Part shown: positions 61,636-64,000 of the stretch, in pieces
Layout of the letters: each line of letters begins with the position of its first letter
Position numbering within the stretch: the stretch's first letter is position 1
Assembly (NCBI GenBank): GCA_963697895.1
Contig: OY969100.1
Span: forward strand, 2,016,001 to 2,080,000
Length of the DNA stretch: 64,000 bases
Direction of reading: 5' to 3'
Source: an uncultured Methanomicrobiales archaeon
GTDB lineage: Archaea > Halobacteriota > Methanomicrobia > Methanomicrobiales > Methanospirillaceae
Notes under the pieces: model-generated
What the model was told of the DNA's origin: nothing
Seen by the model: only the letters and a program-made list of their open reading frames with translations
The model's database searches: none
Position numbers and translations under genes: made by a program

Positions 61636-61911
61636 GTCTCTCCATCTCGCTGAGGGCTACTTATATTTACGCACGTCCATGTGCCCGCAGGCCCTGCACC
61701 CCTCGAACGAAGATCGTAACCCCGCCCCGCCTCTTCTTAAGGCATTCCATGACGGGCATTCGTCATTCTCCAGTCCCGGCTGCCTTTTAAGGAGTAAGGT
61801 GCTATATTAACCCAGTCGAATATCGGGGTCGCTGCCGGCAGATGATGATAGTTACCCCCACTGACCTGATGATGAAGCACGGGCCTGATGCCGGTCAGTT
61901 GATGCGCTTTT

Positions 61912-63066
61912 TTACCGGCCAAAGAGGATCGGCAGGAGTTCTCCGGCATCCCGGAGACCGTACCCCCCGCAGGCGGCCTCGCGTTCTGAGAACCGGGTTA
62001 TCCCATCTATCAGGTGTCCGTACACAGCAAAGGGGACCGGGTCGGCGGTATGCGTTCTCAGACGGATGGGGGTCGGATGGTCAGGTAAAACCGCGATCAC
62101 ATCCGGCGATGCATCCAGAACTATCCCGCACATCTCGTCCACCCGCTCGATCGCGCACACTTTCTCCTCGATACTGCCCATGTGACCGGCCTCGTCGGGA
62201 GCCTCCACATGGATGTATACAAAATCCAGGTGCCCGAGGGAATCGAGGGCATACCGTGCCTTGGCATGGTAATCGGTATCCAGGAATCCGGTGGCCCCGG
62301 GGACCCGGATCACCTCCATCCCCGCGCACCGGGCGATCCCGTTCAGAAGGTCGACTGCGGAGATCATACCCCCGCTTCTCCCGTACTTCTCCCGGAATTG
62401 CATCAAATCGGGTCTCTTTCCGCCACTCCATGGCCAGATATCCGTTGCCGGGGGCAATTCTTCCCTTATCCGGGCCTGGTTGACCGGGTGTTCTGCGAAG
62501 ATCTTCCGGCACTCCTGCATGCATCTCCGGAGGAGCGACGCGTCCCCGTTCTCCGGCAGGTACCCGGATACCGGTGAACCAACGATATCGTGCGGAGGAA
62601 CGGTGACGGCCCCCGATCCATCCCGTACCACGAGGAGGTTCCGGTAGCTGATTCCGGCATGGAGGAGGAGACCGGGAATGCGGTTTCCTACGGCCTTCAG
62701 GAGGTCCGCCCCTTCCCTGCTGGAGATATGGCCGGCCGAAAAATCGACCATGATCCCGTCCTCGATGGTCACCAGATTACACCGGTACGCGATATCCCGG
62801 GGTCCGAGTATGACCCCCATGCTTTCGGCCTCGAGCGGACCCCGGCCGGTATAAGAGACCCGGGGGTCATACCCGAGGATGGAGAGATTTGCGATGTCGC
62901 TCCCGGCCTCGCATCCGGCCGGGATTGTCCTGAGCATCCCGCATGCCCCGGTGCGGGCGATTGCGTCCATGTTGGGCGTCTCGGCATACTCGAGGGGGGT
63001 CATCCCCGAAAGTGCATCGAGCGGTTCGTCGGCCATCCCGTCGGCGAGTATAAGGATAGTCTTCAT
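61912..63066 (-). CDS. apgM: Cofactor-independent phosphoglycerate mutase (archaeal type)
   Basis: LADGMAD, GSDIANLSILGY, HVEAPDEAGH, PDHPTP, HTADPVP. Confidence 0.93.
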   Translation of the reverse strand: MKTILILADGMADEPLDALSGMTPLEYAETPNMDAIARTGACGMLRTIPAGCEAGSDIANLSILGYDPRVSYTGRGPLEAESMGVILGPRDIAYRCNLVTIEDGIMVDFSAGHISSREGADLLKAVGNRIPGLLLHAGISYRNLLVVRDGSGAVTVPPHDIVGSPVSGYLPENGDASLLRRCMQECRKIFAEHPVNQARIREELPPATDIWPWSGGKRPDLMQFREKYGRSGGMISAVDLLNGIARCAGMEVIRVPGATGFLDTDYHAKARYALDSLGHLDFVYIHVEAPDEAGHMGSIEEKVCAIERVDEMCGIVLDASPDVIAVLPDHPTPIRLRTHTADPVPFAVYGHLIDGITRFSEREAACGGYGLRDAGELLPILFGR

Positions 63067-63068
63067 TG

Positions 63069-63539
63069 TCAGCCTCCGAACCGGTACATGATCCCCATCG
63101 TCGGCAGGGTCAGGATCAGGGCGGCCACGACTGCACCGGCAATGATGGCCGGAAACGCCTGGCGGAACGGGATCCCGAATGCGAACGCGATGGCGCAGCC
63201 GCTCCAGGTGCCCGTGAGGGGCAGCGGCACCATCACGAAGAGGAAAAGTGCTAACGCCCCCCAACGGGTGACAGAATCTTCGTACTTTCTCGTGCGGGCG
63301 AAGACCCACCCGAAGAAATCCGCCATGCGGGCGGATCGTGCACTCAAATTCTGCGAGACCGGTTCGAGAAGGAGGAGGAGGGGTATGACCGGAAGGATAT
63401 TCCCGAGAATCCCCAGCGCAAACGCCGACGTCGGGGGATATCCCATCACGATCGCCGCAGGTATCGCGTACCGTGCCTCGAAGAACGGCGTGGCGCCGAG
63501 CAGGAGAACGACGAGTGCAGAACCGATCTCCATGGTCAT
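63069..63539 (-). CDS. Small multidrug export family membrane protein (COG2426)
   Basis: PFFEARYAIP, FVMVPLPLTGTWSG. Confidence 0.82.
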   Translation of the reverse strand: MTMEIGSALVVLLLGATPFFEARYAIPAAIVMGYPPTSAFALGILGNILPVIPLLLLLEPVSQNLSARSARMADFFGWVFARTRKYEDSVTRWGALALFLFVMVPLPLTGTWSGCAIAFAFGIPFRQAFPAIIAGAVVAALILTLPTMGIMYRFGG

Positions 63540-64000
63540 CTGAGCATCGCCCGGACTGCCCGGCGGATGCTTTCCTGTGAACCGAAGGGAGGCGACCAAC
63601 CAAGAGCTTTGATCCGATCCAGTGAGAGCTGCATCCGCGGGACATCGCCGACCCAGCCCCGGTCTCCTCCGGTGAACCGGTATTCCACCCGTGACAGGCC
63701 CATTTCTGCGACAACTATATCGGCGATGGTCCGCACGTCGATCCAGTCCTCCGACCCGATATTGAAGATGTTCAACCGTTCTTTTGCATGATCCGCCCCA
63801 AATAACATTGCTTCGGTGCAGGCGGTGACTTCCAGATAGGATTTGGATTGCCGCCCGTCCCCGAGTATCTCGAGGTGGCCGGGATCTCTCCGGAGCTTCT
63901 CTATAAAGTCGTGGATAACCCCGTGACCGCTCCGTTCCCCGACGATATTGGCAAACCGGTAGATCCAGCCCCGAATCCCGTAACTGTGGCAGTACCCCGA
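63536..64000 (-). CDS. NAD-dependent epimerase/dehydratase (UDP-glucose 4-epimerase-like), 3' part
   Basis: YRFANIVG...HGVIHDF...LGDGRQSKSY...FNIGS...GWVGDV. Confidence 0.88.
   Translation of the reverse strand, partial: SGYCHSYGIRGWIYRFANIVGERSGHGVIHDFIEKLRRDPGHLEILGDGRQSKSYLEVTACTEAMLFGADHAKERLNIFNIGSEDWIDVRTIADIVVAEMGLSRVEYRFTGGDRGWVGDVPRMQLSLDRIKALGWSPPFGSQESIRRAVRAMLR

Noticed and set aside
61657-61790. Minus-strand reading ECPSW...GCRACGH resembling a Zn ribbon
   Set aside because: No start codon and the first CxxC is incomplete; cannot be supported as a gene.
61912-63714. 600-aa ORF suggesting an N-terminally extended phosphoglycerate mutase
   Set aside because: The extension overlaps the COG2426 gene in another frame; the true start is ATG 63066.

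Overview
Chromosomal window of a hydrogenotrophic methanogen (Methanomicrobiales, probably Methanoregulaceae-like; this is inferred from gene order and McrA sequence). It holds the methanogenesis core: mtrED, atwA, mcrBDCGA, fwdGF-hdrCBA-mvhD-fwdDBAC, ftr and mch. It also holds housekeeping genes (endA, trpS, pheST, hisF, ahcY, nfo, cdc6, apgM), tRNA-Val(TAC) and an intact IS1595-family element with an 8-bp target duplication. Four signals stand out. (1) A mostly translationally coupled 8-gene operon joins aksADEF to four unassigned enzymes (Mmp11, a radical SAM protein, a TPP enzyme, a Cys-rich protein), which are candidates for the missing late steps of coenzyme B synthesis. (2) A ~13 kb island between mcrA and mtrE places atwA between two inverted, reciprocally decayed DUF134-DUF5320 modules, next to a NifB/NifX + Fe-S ATPase (ORP-type) cluster; three promoters there share a 14-bp palindromic site. 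(3) An unknown ~613-aa protein split by a +1 frameshift sits directly upstream of a divergent larC. (4) An ORF-free, multi-hairpin candidate ncRNA lies near tRNA-Val. No CRISPR array or rRNA was seen. All family calls come from motif recognition, not database searches.
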